The notes: generated by a model not told the origin, from the letters alone. Positions 1-9,464 are shown, counted from the stretch's first letter. The stretch: 64,000 nucleotides of DNA from Candidatus Woesearchaeota archaeon (GCA_047602735.1 JBLKOK010000001.1:14261-78260); one strand, 5' to 3'. Numbers and translations are program-made.

Positions 1-1
1 T

Positions 2-1042
2 CAAGACTCAGGAAGAGTTAGACTTGGACAAATAGTAATAACAGGATCAAGCGATAACACAGTAAACCCAGTTACAAGAGATGTATTCTTAACAACAGAG
101 AATAAACTAGTAATTGAATCCATAGAAGTTACAGTAGATGGAAGAAGAGAAAGACTTGACGAAGAAGGAGCAATAAGAAGAGAGGCAAATTTAGGAGATA
201 GAATAGAACTGACTCTTAGAATAAGAAATGATTTTGACGATTTAGACATCGAAGATATTGAAGCAGAATTATTCAGTTTAGGAATCGATGATGCAGACGG
301 AGAAATTAGTACACTTAGAAGACTAAGACCACAAAGAACAAGTACAGATCTTAGATTTGACTTTGTTTTAGAAGCAAACAGAGTAGATATCGAAGATGCT
401 CCGTTTGAACTAGAAATAGTATTATTTGGAATGGACGAAAATAATGCAAGACATGGAGAAACATGGATCTTAGAGTTAGAACTGGAAAGAAGAAATAGAG
501 ATGTAAGATTGATAAATACAATAGTAAATCCTAGTTTAGTTAACTGTCAAAATACGTTTTTTGCAGTAAATACAGACATATACAACATAGGAACTAGAGA
601 TTTATCGAGCGCAATGGTTCAAGTAAATATACCTGAATTAAACATACAAGAATTTAGAAGAAACCTAGATCTATTTACAGGAGATACAAGAAGAGTTAGT
701 TTCAATCTTAACATACCTTCAACTACAACACCAGGCCAATACATAGTAGAAGTATATGCACATCCAACTCTGACAATAAGCGACTTTACAGACACAGAAG
801 TTTTAACTTTAACAGTAGGTCAATGTCCAACAGACGTAAGTGATGAAGAAGATACAAGCAGTAATGGATTAGTAGTTCAACCAACAAGTAACGAAACGCC
901 TGTAGTTGTAGGAGTTCCTGTAAGTCAAACAACGACTACAAGTAGCATATTTGAAAATCAACAAACATACCTAATAATCTTAGGAGTACTAGTTGTATTG
1001 CTACTAATAACAGTTATAATACTTTTAGCTAAATTATTATAA
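2..1042 (+). CDS. Surface-exposed protein, 5' end outside window; beta-rich CARDB-like modules, T/S-rich stalk, C-terminal transmembrane anchor
   Basis: The frame of the listed 431..1042 ORF stays open back to nt 2 (QDSGRVRLGQIVITGSSDNTV...). The protein ends with a TTTTSS stalk followed by the hydrophobic anchor LIILGVLVVLLLITVIILLAKLL. Confidence 0.6.
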   Translation, partial: QDSGRVRLGQIVITGSSDNTVNPVTRDVFLTTENKLVIESIEVTVDGRRERLDEEGAIRREANLGDRIELTLRIRNDFDDLDIEDIEAELFSLGIDDADGEISTLRRLRPQRTSTDLRFDFVLEANRVDIEDAPFELEIVLFGMDENNARHGETWILELELERRNRDVRLINTIVNPSLVNCQNTFFAVNTDIYNIGTRDLSSAMVQVNIPELNIQEFRRNLDLFTGDTRRVSFNLNIPSTTTPGQYIVEVYAHPTLTISDFTDTEVLTLTVGQCPTDVSDEEDTSSNGLVVQPTSNETPVVVGVPVSQTTTTSSIFENQQTYLIILGVLVVLLLITVIILLAKLL

Positions 1043-1072
1043 TTGTAAAAAAACTTTTTTTCTTTTTTTCTT

Positions 1073-1870
1073 TTATTTTTTTAAGAACTTCTCAATTCTT
1101 TTAACAAAATCATATGCTTCTTTGTAATAATTATCATATTCTTTTCCAGAAACAGATCTTATTTCTTTATGAGTTATCCGTTTACTAAGATCATAAAACT
1201 TCCTCATAGTCCAACTATATTTTTTTTCTATAAGACCAGGTTTTACTAATTTTTCATCCATCAAATCAGCAATATGTTCAGGACTTGGAGGAACGTCGTT
1301 TACAGACATAAGAGCCGCATGTGCAGCATCAGTAACCGCCCAATACAAGTCAATACAAGCTTCCAAGATCTTAACTCTACTCATCCTCAAAGTATTAGGA
1401 GCTCTGTTAAAGTAAGCCCAAAGAGCTTCCGGACTTGGTTTTATTCTACCTTGAATTAATAATAATTGTATAGGTTCAAAGAACCCCGTGTCAAATAATG
1501 CAAAGCCATCTCTTAAAATATTCATAGCAATAGGGTCTCCAGCCCTAACATATTCCCAAAAACTCGTAAATTTCATACTAGTTACATGAATTTTAGGATC
1601 TACTTTATTTGCTTTTTTTTGAACAATTAATCTGTAAGTTTGTGTAAGCTCTTTAGAAAAAACAACACTTATATCATCCACAACTAATAAAATGTCAATA
1701 TCATTAGAATCTTGTTTTTTTCTAGCAGTACTACCAAATAATACAACTGCTTTAACTAAGTCTCCAAGCTCCTCATGAATTTCTTTAGTGAACTTATAAG
1801 CTATTTTAACTAATGAATCAGAATAATTACCCTTATTTTTTGAAAGTTTCTTTTCTATTTTAAAATCCAA
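1073..1870 (-). CDS. Nucleotidyltransferase-fold protein: minimal NTase domain fused to a helical HEPN/KNTase_C-like domain
   Basis: GS-x10-DxD signature FGSTARKKQDSNDIDILLVVDD near the N-terminus; the C-terminal half looks all-helical. Confidence 0.6.
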   Translation of the reverse strand: MDFKIEKKLSKNKGNYSDSLVKIAYKFTKEIHEELGDLVKAVVLFGSTARKKQDSNDIDILLVVDDISVVFSKELTQTYRLIVQKKANKVDPKIHVTSMKFTSFWEYVRAGDPIAMNILRDGFALFDTGFFEPIQLLLIQGRIKPSPEALWAYFNRAPNTLRMSRVKILEACIDLYWAVTDAAHAALMSVNDVPPSPEHIADLMDEKLVKPGLIEKKYSWTMRKFYDLSKRITHKEIRSVSGKEYDNYYKEAYDFVKRIEKFLKK

Positions 1871-1934
1871 CTAGTACACCTCTTTGATTACTTTTTATTT
1901 TTAAGAATTTAAATAATTTGCTACTAAACACAGC

Positions 1935-3932
1935 TTATTCTAAAGGAACATCCGACCAAAATTTCCATTCGTTACTAGGCACATAACTTCCGGCAATAAA
2001 AAAACCAGGAGCATTATAACCAAAATGGCGATCCCTTATCCCATTATGCCTAATACGTCTATTAACCCCAAAAACAGGACTTCCAATATGAGCTAAAGTA
2101 TCTGGTAAAGCCGTTTTAGGATTAAAAGAACCCGTCTCGATAATTAAATCATTAATTCCGTGTTTTTCCATTCTTTTTAAAAACTCTTTCATAGGAATAT
2201 TACCCTGACCCGGAGTTAAATGCTCGTCATCATAACCAAAATTATCACTTAAGTGAATATGACCTACTATTCCATCTTTAACAAGCTTTTCTGCTTCATC
2301 AAGCATCCACTTATTAAAGCGTTTATCAGTTTCCTCAGCACTTTCATTTTCATCTTTTGGCTGAAAATGATACCTGTACATATTCATATGACCAATATCT
2401 AAAGTACCTTTTATGTGCTCTTTTGCAAGCTTCTCTGCTTCCTCTTTAGAATGATTTCTACTCTGAAGCATCTGAATCATTTTTTTTCTAGATTTTTCTA
2501 TGGCTTCCCTATATTCTTTTGGATGACTACCATACATCTTAACATCCCAATTTTCAGGAGCAACATATATAGGATCTTCTAAGCCATATTTGTTTTTATT
2601 TCTTTTATAAACTTCCATTGCATAAAGACCAGCTTTTGCAATTGTGTCAGCTGTTTTATCAAGACCATGCTTTTTAAGACTCGTAATATTTTTATAAGTT
2701 TCTGCAAGATCTCTTGCTTGAACATCAGCACTAGAACTTGATTCATGAATATGCCTTAAACCATTTTTATGCAAATCATATTGCATCTTAATATCCTCTA
2801 TAGACACATCCTTATCACCCATCTTAGTTGCAAGCCAAGCATCAGCTTGAAATTTTCTATCTTCAGATAAACTCTCTTTTAAAGTATTATATTTGTCAAT
2901 TAGATCTTTATACTTAGCAACTTGTTTTTTTTCCAATTCATATTGCCTTGCATGATAAATACTGCTTCCTTTAGCTTGTAATATTTTATTTTCAAACTGA
3001 ATCTTAGCAAACATTTCTTCTGGCTGAATTTGGTCATCAGGAGATCTTCCCTCATTATATTCTTTAGTTATTTTATCTAATTTATCCCAATTAAGTTCTT
3101 CTGTTTCAAAATTAGTTTTTTCTTTATTAAAAACAGGAACCCTATTAAACAATGTTTCAGCATCTGCATTTTTAGGAATTAAATTACCATCAATATCTAC
3201 CCAATCATTTTCTTTTAATACGTTACCTTTAGAATCAGTTTTACCTGCTATACCCATACTACCCGCAGTTTCATATTTTGGTCTAAAAACAACTCTATTT
3301 CTACTTATATTCTCAATTAATCTACCGTCCCTATTATCCACAGCAAATAAAGGAGTTTCTTTATCTTCTTCATCATACATCTTAAATTTCGCATCACCAT
3401 CTTTAATTTCTGATAAAGGACGTTGCCATTCATGTAAATGAAATACTACTGCACCTCCTTTTGTAGCTTCCCCTGCAAAATCAATTGCACGCTTTATTTC
3501 TTTTAAAGCATTGCTCCTCCTAAAATTATCAAAACCTCTTTGATTATCAAAACCTGCAAGACTCTCAGCATGTACAGGAGCATGAGTACTTGTTTTCATT
3601 TCGTTTACTTTTAAAAGTTCCCTTATATCAGTTCGTTCTGCTGTGCCAAAACTTTCAGGATTAGGCGCTTCACTACTACCTTTTCCACCTCTCAAAAAAC
3701 TAAATTCTATCCTGCCTGCACCATCTCTTATTTTTTCTTTTAAACTATCAAGCGTATTCCCAAAAGGCTTAGTAGTAACCCCTATTTCTTTAGTAGTGAA
3801 ATTAACAGCATCATCAGGAGTTATAGGATCTCCTTTCTCATCATAATTCGCAGGCTCTAGAGCATTAAAATGTTCATCTGTGTTTAATTCATCTAAAGCA
3901 CCATAATAATTATTGTTATTGCCAAAAATCAT
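1935..3932 (-). CDS. Xylose-isomerase-like / AP-endonuclease-2-type TIM-barrel protein interrupted by a large (~300 aa) charged insert
   Basis: N-terminal barrel motifs TSTHAPVH and GGAVVFHLHEW. C-terminal motifs GTLDIGHMN and GHIHLSDNFGYDDEHLTPGQGNIP. A long K/E-rich region lies between them. Confidence 0.5.
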   Translation of the reverse strand: MIFGNNNNYYGALDELNTDEHFNALEPANYDEKGDPITPDDAVNFTTKEIGVTTKPFGNTLDSLKEKIRDGAGRIEFSFLRGGKGSSEAPNPESFGTAERTDIRELLKVNEMKTSTHAPVHAESLAGFDNQRGFDNFRRSNALKEIKRAIDFAGEATKGGAVVFHLHEWQRPLSEIKDGDAKFKMYDEEDKETPLFAVDNRDGRLIENISRNRVVFRPKYETAGSMGIAGKTDSKGNVLKENDWVDIDGNLIPKNADAETLFNRVPVFNKEKTNFETEELNWDKLDKITKEYNEGRSPDDQIQPEEMFAKIQFENKILQAKGSSIYHARQYELEKKQVAKYKDLIDKYNTLKESLSEDRKFQADAWLATKMGDKDVSIEDIKMQYDLHKNGLRHIHESSSSADVQARDLAETYKNITSLKKHGLDKTADTIAKAGLYAMEVYKRNKNKYGLEDPIYVAPENWDVKMYGSHPKEYREAIEKSRKKMIQMLQSRNHSKEEAEKLAKEHIKGTLDIGHMNMYRYHFQPKDENESAEETDKRFNKWMLDEAEKLVKDGIVGHIHLSDNFGYDDEHLTPGQGNIPMKEFLKRMEKHGINDLIIETGSFNPKTALPDTLAHIGSPVFGVNRRIRHNGIRDRHFGYNAPGFFIAGSYVPSNEWKFWSDVPLE

Positions 3933-3980
3933 AATAGTTATTTAGAATTCTTCACTAATAAACTTTTCTATAAATAAAAA

Positions 3981-4436
3981 CTAAACTATGTACTTTTTAT
4001 CCTCGTCACTTTTAAGCAAAGAACTAGTTCTTGCCATAACCTCTTGCTCTTGACCACCATAAGATGTTTTTAGCTTATCTATTTGATAAGTAAGGCTTTG
4101 AACAAATTCTTTTTCAGGATCAGCCCATAAATCATAAGGCTTTTCAGTTACAGACTTAACAGACTCATATAAAGTATTATCTAAATCAAAAATAGAAGTA
4201 GATTGATTGTTCTCTGCGTCTTGAGTTTCCAAAAAACTATCTATAGATTCTTTTTTTTGAGATTCTTCAAATTGCTTTTTTTGCTCTAATAATAGTTCTT
4301 TTAATGTATCATTTAATTGTTTTTGAAGATTAGACTTTTCAGATTCTTTTTTTTGCTCTAACTCGTTTAATTCATCAGCTAATTCTTTTTCTTTTTTTTT
4401 AAGCTCTTCAATTTTATTTATTAAAGTTTTTGACAT
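3981..4436 (-). CDS. Coiled-coil protein (K/E/Q-rich), function unknown
   Basis: 151-aa ORF with a heptad-like charged N-terminal half (KKKEKELADELNELEQKKESEKSNLQKQL). It starts 6 nt after the end of the upstream same-strand ORF. Confidence 0.4.
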   Translation of the reverse strand: MSKTLINKIEELKKKEKELADELNELEQKKESEKSNLQKQLNDTLKELLLEQKKQFEESQKKESIDSFLETQDAENNQSTSIFDLDNTLYESVKSVTEKPYDLWADPEKEFVQSLTYQIDKLKTSYGGQEQEVMARTSSLLKSDEDKKYIV

Positions 4437-4442
4437 CTTATT

Positions 4443-5993
4443 CTACCAGGATAACATACCATTTGATTTTTTATAGTTTTTATAAACCATATACATACCT
4501 GTTTTAGCTCCTTTAAATGCCTTACCAGGATCTCCTTTTGGACCTGAAGGTTTAACTTTTTTCTTAAAAGTACTTTTTGGAACAAATGCAAATCCAATAT
4601 CAGCTAATCCCTTAAATACAGATATAAATGGAGATAGAGCAGAGTCACTAGAATCTAATTTTACCAATTTATTTTTGTCAATTTTCTCTTTTGATTGCTT
4701 TTCTTTTTCTTCCTCTTCAGCTAATTTACCCTCTGCTTCTTTTATGTAGTTATCAAGATCATCACCAAGCATCTCCATTGCACTTTTTAATTGGTCATCA
4801 ACAAGACCTAGTAATTCTCTATCTTCATGATCCCTCATTTTTTTATACATCTCTATTTGATGATCAGTCCAACCATAACTTCTCATAGTTACAGTACCCC
4901 GTCCTACGTGTATTGCACCTTGTTGATATTCTTGTCTAAACTGCATTAAAGGACGAGTATTAAATTTGTAAGTCATTAAAACAACACTTTTATAATCACT
5001 TTTTGGAACAGGTTTTATTCCAAGAACCTCTATTTCTGTAACGCTAGATTCAAAACTTGCAACAAGGTCAGGGCTGTCTAGTTGATTTTCGTTCATAGAG
5101 AGTCTTTTAATGTTTCTAAGATAAGGTTTTACCCAACTCATATAAGTTTTAATAGTGGTGTAGTGTTGTCTTAAATATTTTATTTGGAATTTACGTCTAG
5201 CTTTAAGTTCCGCGTGAGTTTTCTCTTTCCAAACAATGAATTGAAATAGTTTTCTTTTAAGAACAGCTTTTACATTTTTATTAAACCCCGGCATACCCTC
5301 AATTACTTTATCAACATCCTCTTTTTTGTAAATAATCGTGTTAAAGAATAAATCTGGAAGAGAAGCATAACCTACTTGATTAGAAAGATGATAAACACTT
5401 CCCGGCTGCATTTGGCCTCCTTTATTTTCTGCAAAATCAGCATAAAGTCCTTTAAGAGTAGCATCAGCACTTTTTGATTTTTCCCATTGTTCATATATTT
5501 CTAATCTTTCATCTAAAATTCTAAGCTCTCTGACTATTTGAAACAAAGTCTTAACCATCTCAGCTATCCCTCTTAAAAAATTAGATGCTCTGTCTTCTTG
5601 AATTGATAACCTTTGAGCAGTTTGACCAAAATAAGCACTATTCTCAGATGCACTAAACATATCAGTTACTTTAATCATCTGCGGAAAACCTGCATCTTGT
5701 CTTAGATGATTTATCATCCAATAATACATTTCCTCTGCAGACATTTGAAATGATTCAGAAATTAATTTATACCTCGTTTTAGTAGAAGGATAACCAGTTT
5801 TGTAATATTGTCTATTCCAAGAAATGTTTGCTTCTTCTGCCATTTCTTCATCAGCATCATCCCCACTATAGCCCTCGTCAGAAGTAGAAACATAGTATCC
5901 TTTTTTTTCATCAAATTTATACTTAGATTTAGCACTACTTTTTATAAATCCAAATTTTACAAGAAGTTGAGAGTTTGTTAAAGATTCTACCAT
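4443..5993 (-). CDS. Hypothetical protein (516 aa), no motif recognised; acidic coiled segment and basic C-terminal tail
   Basis: Long uninterrupted ORF and first gene of a three-gene same-strand cluster. TTTATAAAT-like promoter element just upstream (about 6015..6025). Confidence 0.5.
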   Translation of the reverse strand: MVESLTNSQLLVKFGFIKSSAKSKYKFDEKKGYYVSTSDEGYSGDDADEEMAEEANISWNRQYYKTGYPSTKTRYKLISESFQMSAEEMYYWMINHLRQDAGFPQMIKVTDMFSASENSAYFGQTAQRLSIQEDRASNFLRGIAEMVKTLFQIVRELRILDERLEIYEQWEKSKSADATLKGLYADFAENKGGQMQPGSVYHLSNQVGYASLPDLFFNTIIYKKEDVDKVIEGMPGFNKNVKAVLKRKLFQFIVWKEKTHAELKARRKFQIKYLRQHYTTIKTYMSWVKPYLRNIKRLSMNENQLDSPDLVASFESSVTEIEVLGIKPVPKSDYKSVVLMTYKFNTRPLMQFRQEYQQGAIHVGRGTVTMRSYGWTDHQIEMYKKMRDHEDRELLGLVDDQLKSAMEMLGDDLDNYIKEAEGKLAEEEEKEKQSKEKIDKNKLVKLDSSDSALSPFISVFKGLADIGFAFVPKSTFKKKVKPSGPKGDPGKAFKGAKTGMYMVYKNYKKSNGMLSW

Positions 5994-6028
5994 TATAATT
6001 AGTAATAGACAGATTTATTTATAAATAT

Positions 6029-6244
6029 TTACCTAGAAATCCTAACAACGTTACCAACTAATGTACATTTGTATATAGGAAGTTCTTTTTTTAGAATTTC
6101 TGCTACTTCAAACCTGGATTTTTGAGCTAAAAAACTTTTGAGAATTCTTACTTTAACAGTATATTTAGATCTTATATTTTTTTTAATTTCTTTTATAAAA
6201 TCTTCAGTTATACCTTTTTTTCCAAGTTGCATGACTAATTCCAT
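6029..6244 (-). CDS. CRM-domain RNA-binding protein (YhbY family)
   Basis: LGKKGITEDFIKEIKKNI...VKVRIL...LVGNVVRISR follows the YhbY/CRS1 pattern lGknGlTe..i.ei...vKV...iG..v.l.R. Confidence 0.6.
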   Translation of the reverse strand: MELVMQLGKKGITEDFIKEIKKNIRSKYTVKVRILKSFLAQKSRFEVAEILKKELPIYKCTLVGNVVRISR

Positions 6245-6268
6245 TTTATACCTGGGTAATAATAAGTA

Positions 6269-7069
6269 TTATTTAACTTTAACGAAGTCAAACCTTCCTG
6301 AAGGAAGCAAACTTAGAAGTGCTTCGTTTGTTTGAAGATTTAACGTTTTCATTAATTTCTTTGAGATTTCCCCTTTTTTTAGACTACCTTGTTTTAATAA
6401 TACATAGTTATCTAATTTTTTTATTGTAGATTCGGGTGCTACCATAACTAATTTTTGACCTTCATATTCTTTTATCCCCACGCCTAAATCAAGATTAACA
6501 TTAAAATTTGTTCTCTTGCCATAAATCATAAAGCTACCTTTTCCTACAAATTCTCCTGATTTAGCTTCTTTTGTGACTTGATCAGGATTTACCATGAATA
6601 CATCTGCAGATCTCATACCAGAAGACCATGCTTTACTATGAAGACCTGTAAAAACTGCAGCCTCGGATAACGTAGTGTCTGGAACTTCAGCACCGTTTTT
6701 TTTAATTACAACAAAAGCACTTCCAGGAGCATCTGTGTGAAAAACCAAGTCATTAGACTCAGTATGCTTTTTTACTACTTCTTCATTCGTCGTAGCGTCC
6801 TTTCCAGCAATTACTAAAAAGTTATCTGAAGAAATAAACCATTTATACTTTTCAAACCAGAATTTCTTACGATTCTTTTCTTTTTCTTTAAGCTTACTAG
6901 CTTCTTCTAATTTTATATTTTCTTTGTCTGCTTTTATTTTTTTTAACTTAAATTCTTCAACTGCTTTTAGAGCTCCTTGAAGCTTTTTTTTAGCTTTTTT
7001 TGCTTCATCAAAATAATCTGCGGCGTTTTCTTCTAAGGATTTTTTTAAATCAAGAGATATTTTCAACAT
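6269..7069 (-). CDS. NFACT-R (DUF814) domain protein with N-terminal coiled coil (RqcH/FbpA C-terminal-like)
   Basis: FWFEKYKWFISSDNFLVIAGKDATTNEEVVKKH...DLVFHTDAPGSAFVVIK matches the DUF814 core pattern. Confidence 0.65.
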   Translation of the reverse strand: MLKISLDLKKSLEENAADYFDEAKKAKKKLQGALKAVEEFKLKKIKADKENIKLEEASKLKEKEKNRKKFWFEKYKWFISSDNFLVIAGKDATTNEEVVKKHTESNDLVFHTDAPGSAFVVIKKNGAEVPDTTLSEAAVFTGLHSKAWSSGMRSADVFMVNPDQVTKEAKSGEFVGKGSFMIYGKRTNFNVNLDLGVGIKEYEGQKLVMVAPESTIKKLDNYVLLKQGSLKKGEISKKLMKTLNLQTNEALLSLLPSGRFDFVKVK

Positions 7070-7461
7070 GACACCTCATCTATTATGTAGCTTTTGTCTC
7101 TGCACTCCTTAGCAGCAGCGATTGGTATTATTGCAATCCTATCCACTCTTGATTGAACAGGAAGAGCAAGCTCATACCTTTCATTAGACACAAGATCTGT
7201 TTGAGGTAAAATAAGCTCATCATCAGCTTCTCCCCAAACTATTAATTTTATAGAATCTATATTAGAACCTTTATTTGTTATATCAAGCCTTAAATGAGTT
7301 CCTGTATAACACGCAATATCTACTTGTAAATTAGTATTTTCACAACTTGATCTGGAATCAATTAGTCTTTCAGTAATACTAAAAAAGAAACTGAGTAAGC
7401 TAACAGCTATAGCTATTAATAATAAAAATAAAACTATAGGACTAACATTTGCTTTTTTCAT
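7063..7461 (-). CDS. Archaeal type IV pilin-like protein (DUF1628-type N-terminus)
   Basis: The internal start MKKANVSPIVLFLLLIAIAVSLLSFF resembles the archaeal pilin N-terminal signal plus hydrophobic helix. I do not accept the 40 codons upstream in the listed ORF (to 7581), because they overlap the divergent pilin gene. Confidence 0.55.
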   Translation of the reverse strand: MKKANVSPIVLFLLLIAIAVSLLSFFFSITERLIDSRSSCENTNLQVDIACYTGTHLRLDITNKGSNIDSIKLIVWGEADDELILPQTDLVSNERYELALPVQSRVDRIAIIPIAAAKECRDKSYIIDEVSC

Positions 7462-7546
7462 TAATAAAATGCTGCCCAAGTATTTATATAAAGATTTCGC
7501 TAGACAGAAAATATTTATAAACAAATAGTTATAATACCCATTATAA

Positions 7547-7996
7547 ATGAGTAATTTTAAAAAAAAGGGGCAAAGCAGCATAGAATTTTTAATGATAGTA
7601 GCAGTTGCAACTGCACTTTTATTACCTACAAGCTACTTTTTTTTTAGTTATGCACAAGGAAGTACTACCCAAATAGCTAGTGCACAAATAAATACAGCAG
7701 GAATTGCAATAAAACAAGCAGCTGAAGAAATGTATGGAGTAGGACCTAATAGTTGGAAGACAATAGAAATAAGACTTCCCGATATAATAATAGAAACAGG
7801 CATTAGAAACAATAATGAATTATATTTTACATATAATACTCAAAACGGAATATCTCAAAACGTTTATTTTTTTGACAGATTTAATATTTCCAACCACGAA
7901 GATTGCTCAACAGAATGTTTATTAGATATAGGATCAGGAATTAATAGAATAAGAGTACAAAGTACAGGATCATCAGTATTATTAATATCACCATAA
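7547..7996 (+). CDS. Class III signal-peptide protein (archaeal type IV pilin-like)
   Basis: N-terminus MSNFKKKGQSSIEFLMIVAVATALLL carries the QxSxEF class III signal-peptide motif followed by a hydrophobic helix. Confidence 0.7.
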   Translation: MSNFKKKGQSSIEFLMIVAVATALLLPTSYFFFSYAQGSTTQIASAQINTAGIAIKQAAEEMYGVGPNSWKTIEIRLPDIIIETGIRNNNELYFTYNTQNGISQNVYFFDRFNISNHEDCSTECLLDIGSGINRIRVQSTGSSVLLISP

Positions 7997-7998
7997 CA

Positions 7999-8400
7999 AT
8001 GAAAAAAGCACAAAGTAGCATAGAGTTTATGATTTTAATTGGATTTGCAATGATAGTTGTTAGTGTAACTTTAGCACTTATAAGCTCTGATGCAGAGAGA
8101 AGATTTACAGCACAAAACGAAGCAGCAGTACAAGAACTTTTTGACGTAATAGAAACAGAAATAAATCTTGCAAGAATTAGTCCCGCTATATATACGAGAG
8201 AATTTTTTCTACCTCAAGTCCTTCAAGGTCAAAACTATAGTATATCTTTAGCAGATCAAATAGAGTTAGTAGTAAACTTTAATAATAACACATATGTACA
8301 CTTTTTAAATCAATCAGTAAGTGGAAATTTACAAAAAGGACAAAATACTCTAGTAAAAACATGTTCAACGCAATTTTCATGTGAAATAAGGTTTAATTAA
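7999..8400 (+). CDS. Class III signal-peptide protein (archaeal type IV pilin-like), paralog of the preceding gene
   Basis: N-terminus MKKAQSSIEFMILIGFAMIVVSV; starts 2 nt after the previous pilin gene. Confidence 0.7.
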   Translation: MKKAQSSIEFMILIGFAMIVVSVTLALISSDAERRFTAQNEAAVQELFDVIETEINLARISPAIYTREFFLPQVLQGQNYSISLADQIELVVNFNNNTYVHFLNQSVSGNLQKGQNTLVKTCSTQFSCEIRFN

Positions 8401-8438
8401 GCAAAACATTTATATAATTTAGCGAGGATGAAATAATT

Positions 8439-9071
8439 ATGATAAAAAAGTTGAAAAATTTCTTTAATACGATATTTAAAGGTTTGTTTAAAAAAAAGAA
8501 GCAAATAAAATTAGGACTTTATGGTCCTCCAAATGGAGGTAAAACTACTCTTGCTAATAAGATATGTGAAGATTGGCTAGGTGAAGAAATGGGCTCTGTA
8601 AGCAATGTTGCTCACGAAACAAGAGAAGTTACCATGAAGGAAAGAGTTATAATTAAGAGCGGTAATAAAGAGATTAGCTTTAGCCTAGTAGACACCCCGG
8701 GTATAGCCACTAAGATTGATTATGAAGATTTCTTAAAAGAAGGCATGAAAGAAAAAGAAGCCAAAGCAAGAGCAAAAGAAGCTACAAAAGGAGTTATAGA
8801 TTCAATTAAGTGGTTAGACGATATGGATACAGTCATAGTTGTTTTAGATGCTACAACAGATCCTTATAGCCAGGTTAATATAACAATTATGGGCAATTTA
8901 GAAGCTAGAAAAATACCCGTACTTGTTGTAGCTAATAAAGTAGATCTTAAAAAAGCAGATATGAAAAGAATAGAAGCTGCATTCCCACAATACAAAGTTA
9001 TTGGTATAAGTGCAAAGTACTCAAAGAACATAGATGAGTTTTACGATGAACTCATAAAATTAGCGTCATAA
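8439..9071 (+). CDS. Small GTP-binding protein
   Basis: G1 GPPNGGKT, G3 DTPG, G4 NKVD. SD-like GAGGATGA lies upstream. Confidence 0.75.
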   Translation: MIKKLKNFFNTIFKGLFKKKKQIKLGLYGPPNGGKTTLANKICEDWLGEEMGSVSNVAHETREVTMKERVIIKSGNKEISFSLVDTPGIATKIDYEDFLKEGMKEKEAKARAKEATKGVIDSIKWLDDMDTVIVVLDATTDPYSQVNITIMGNLEARKIPVLVVANKVDLKKADMKRIEAAFPQYKVIGISAKYSKNIDEFYDELIKLAS

Positions 9072-9073
9072 AA

Positions 9074-9457
9074 ATGGTAACATTACAATATATGCCTCAC
9101 AAAGAAATACAAGGACTTGATTCAGACGGCAGAATAAATAAGATCTTAAAAGTAGTAAAAACAAATAAAATAGTTTTACTCGAAGGAAGATTGAAATCTG
9201 AAGAAGAAGCATCACTTATACGTAAGACCATGGAACAAATAGATGAAGACTTTACAGGAGTAGAACTAGTTACAAGTCCTGAATTAAATCCTACATGGAT
9301 TTCTAAGGTTAAAAGCAAAATTGTTAGCATGTTACTTGGCAATCGTTACGGATTTACAATAATAGGGCCTGCAAAAATAATTAAAGAAATAAAACAAGAT
9401 CCTAGTAAAATACAATTATTTGCAGAAGACGCCCCTAAAAAAAATAAAAAAAGGTAA
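9074..9457 (+). CDS. Conserved archaeal protein (DUF2073-like; family assignment from memory)
   Basis: 127-aa ORF starting 2 nt after the GTPase gene. The position matches the archaeal trio GTPase, DUF2073, Zn-ribbon. Confidence 0.45.
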   Translation: MVTLQYMPHKEIQGLDSDGRINKILKVVKTNKIVLLEGRLKSEEEASLIRKTMEQIDEDFTGVELVTSPELNPTWISKVKSKIVSMLLGNRYGFTIIGPAKIIKEIKQDPSKIQLFAEDAPKKNKKR

Positions 9458-9464
9458 ATAAATA

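Noticed and set aside
1-249. Listed 82-aa minus-strand ORF at the window start
   Set aside because: It lies antisense to a plus-strand frame that is open from nt 2 to 1042 and encodes a coherent surface-protein sequence. The minus-strand product is low-complexity and Ser/Leu-rich, which is typical of a shadow ORF in AT-rich DNA.
7462-7581. N-terminal 40 codons of the listed 7063..7581 ORF
   Set aside because: The extension (MLLCPFFLKLLIYNGYYNYLF...) overlaps the divergent pilin gene start and its promoter. The internal Met yields a canonical pilin-type N-terminus.
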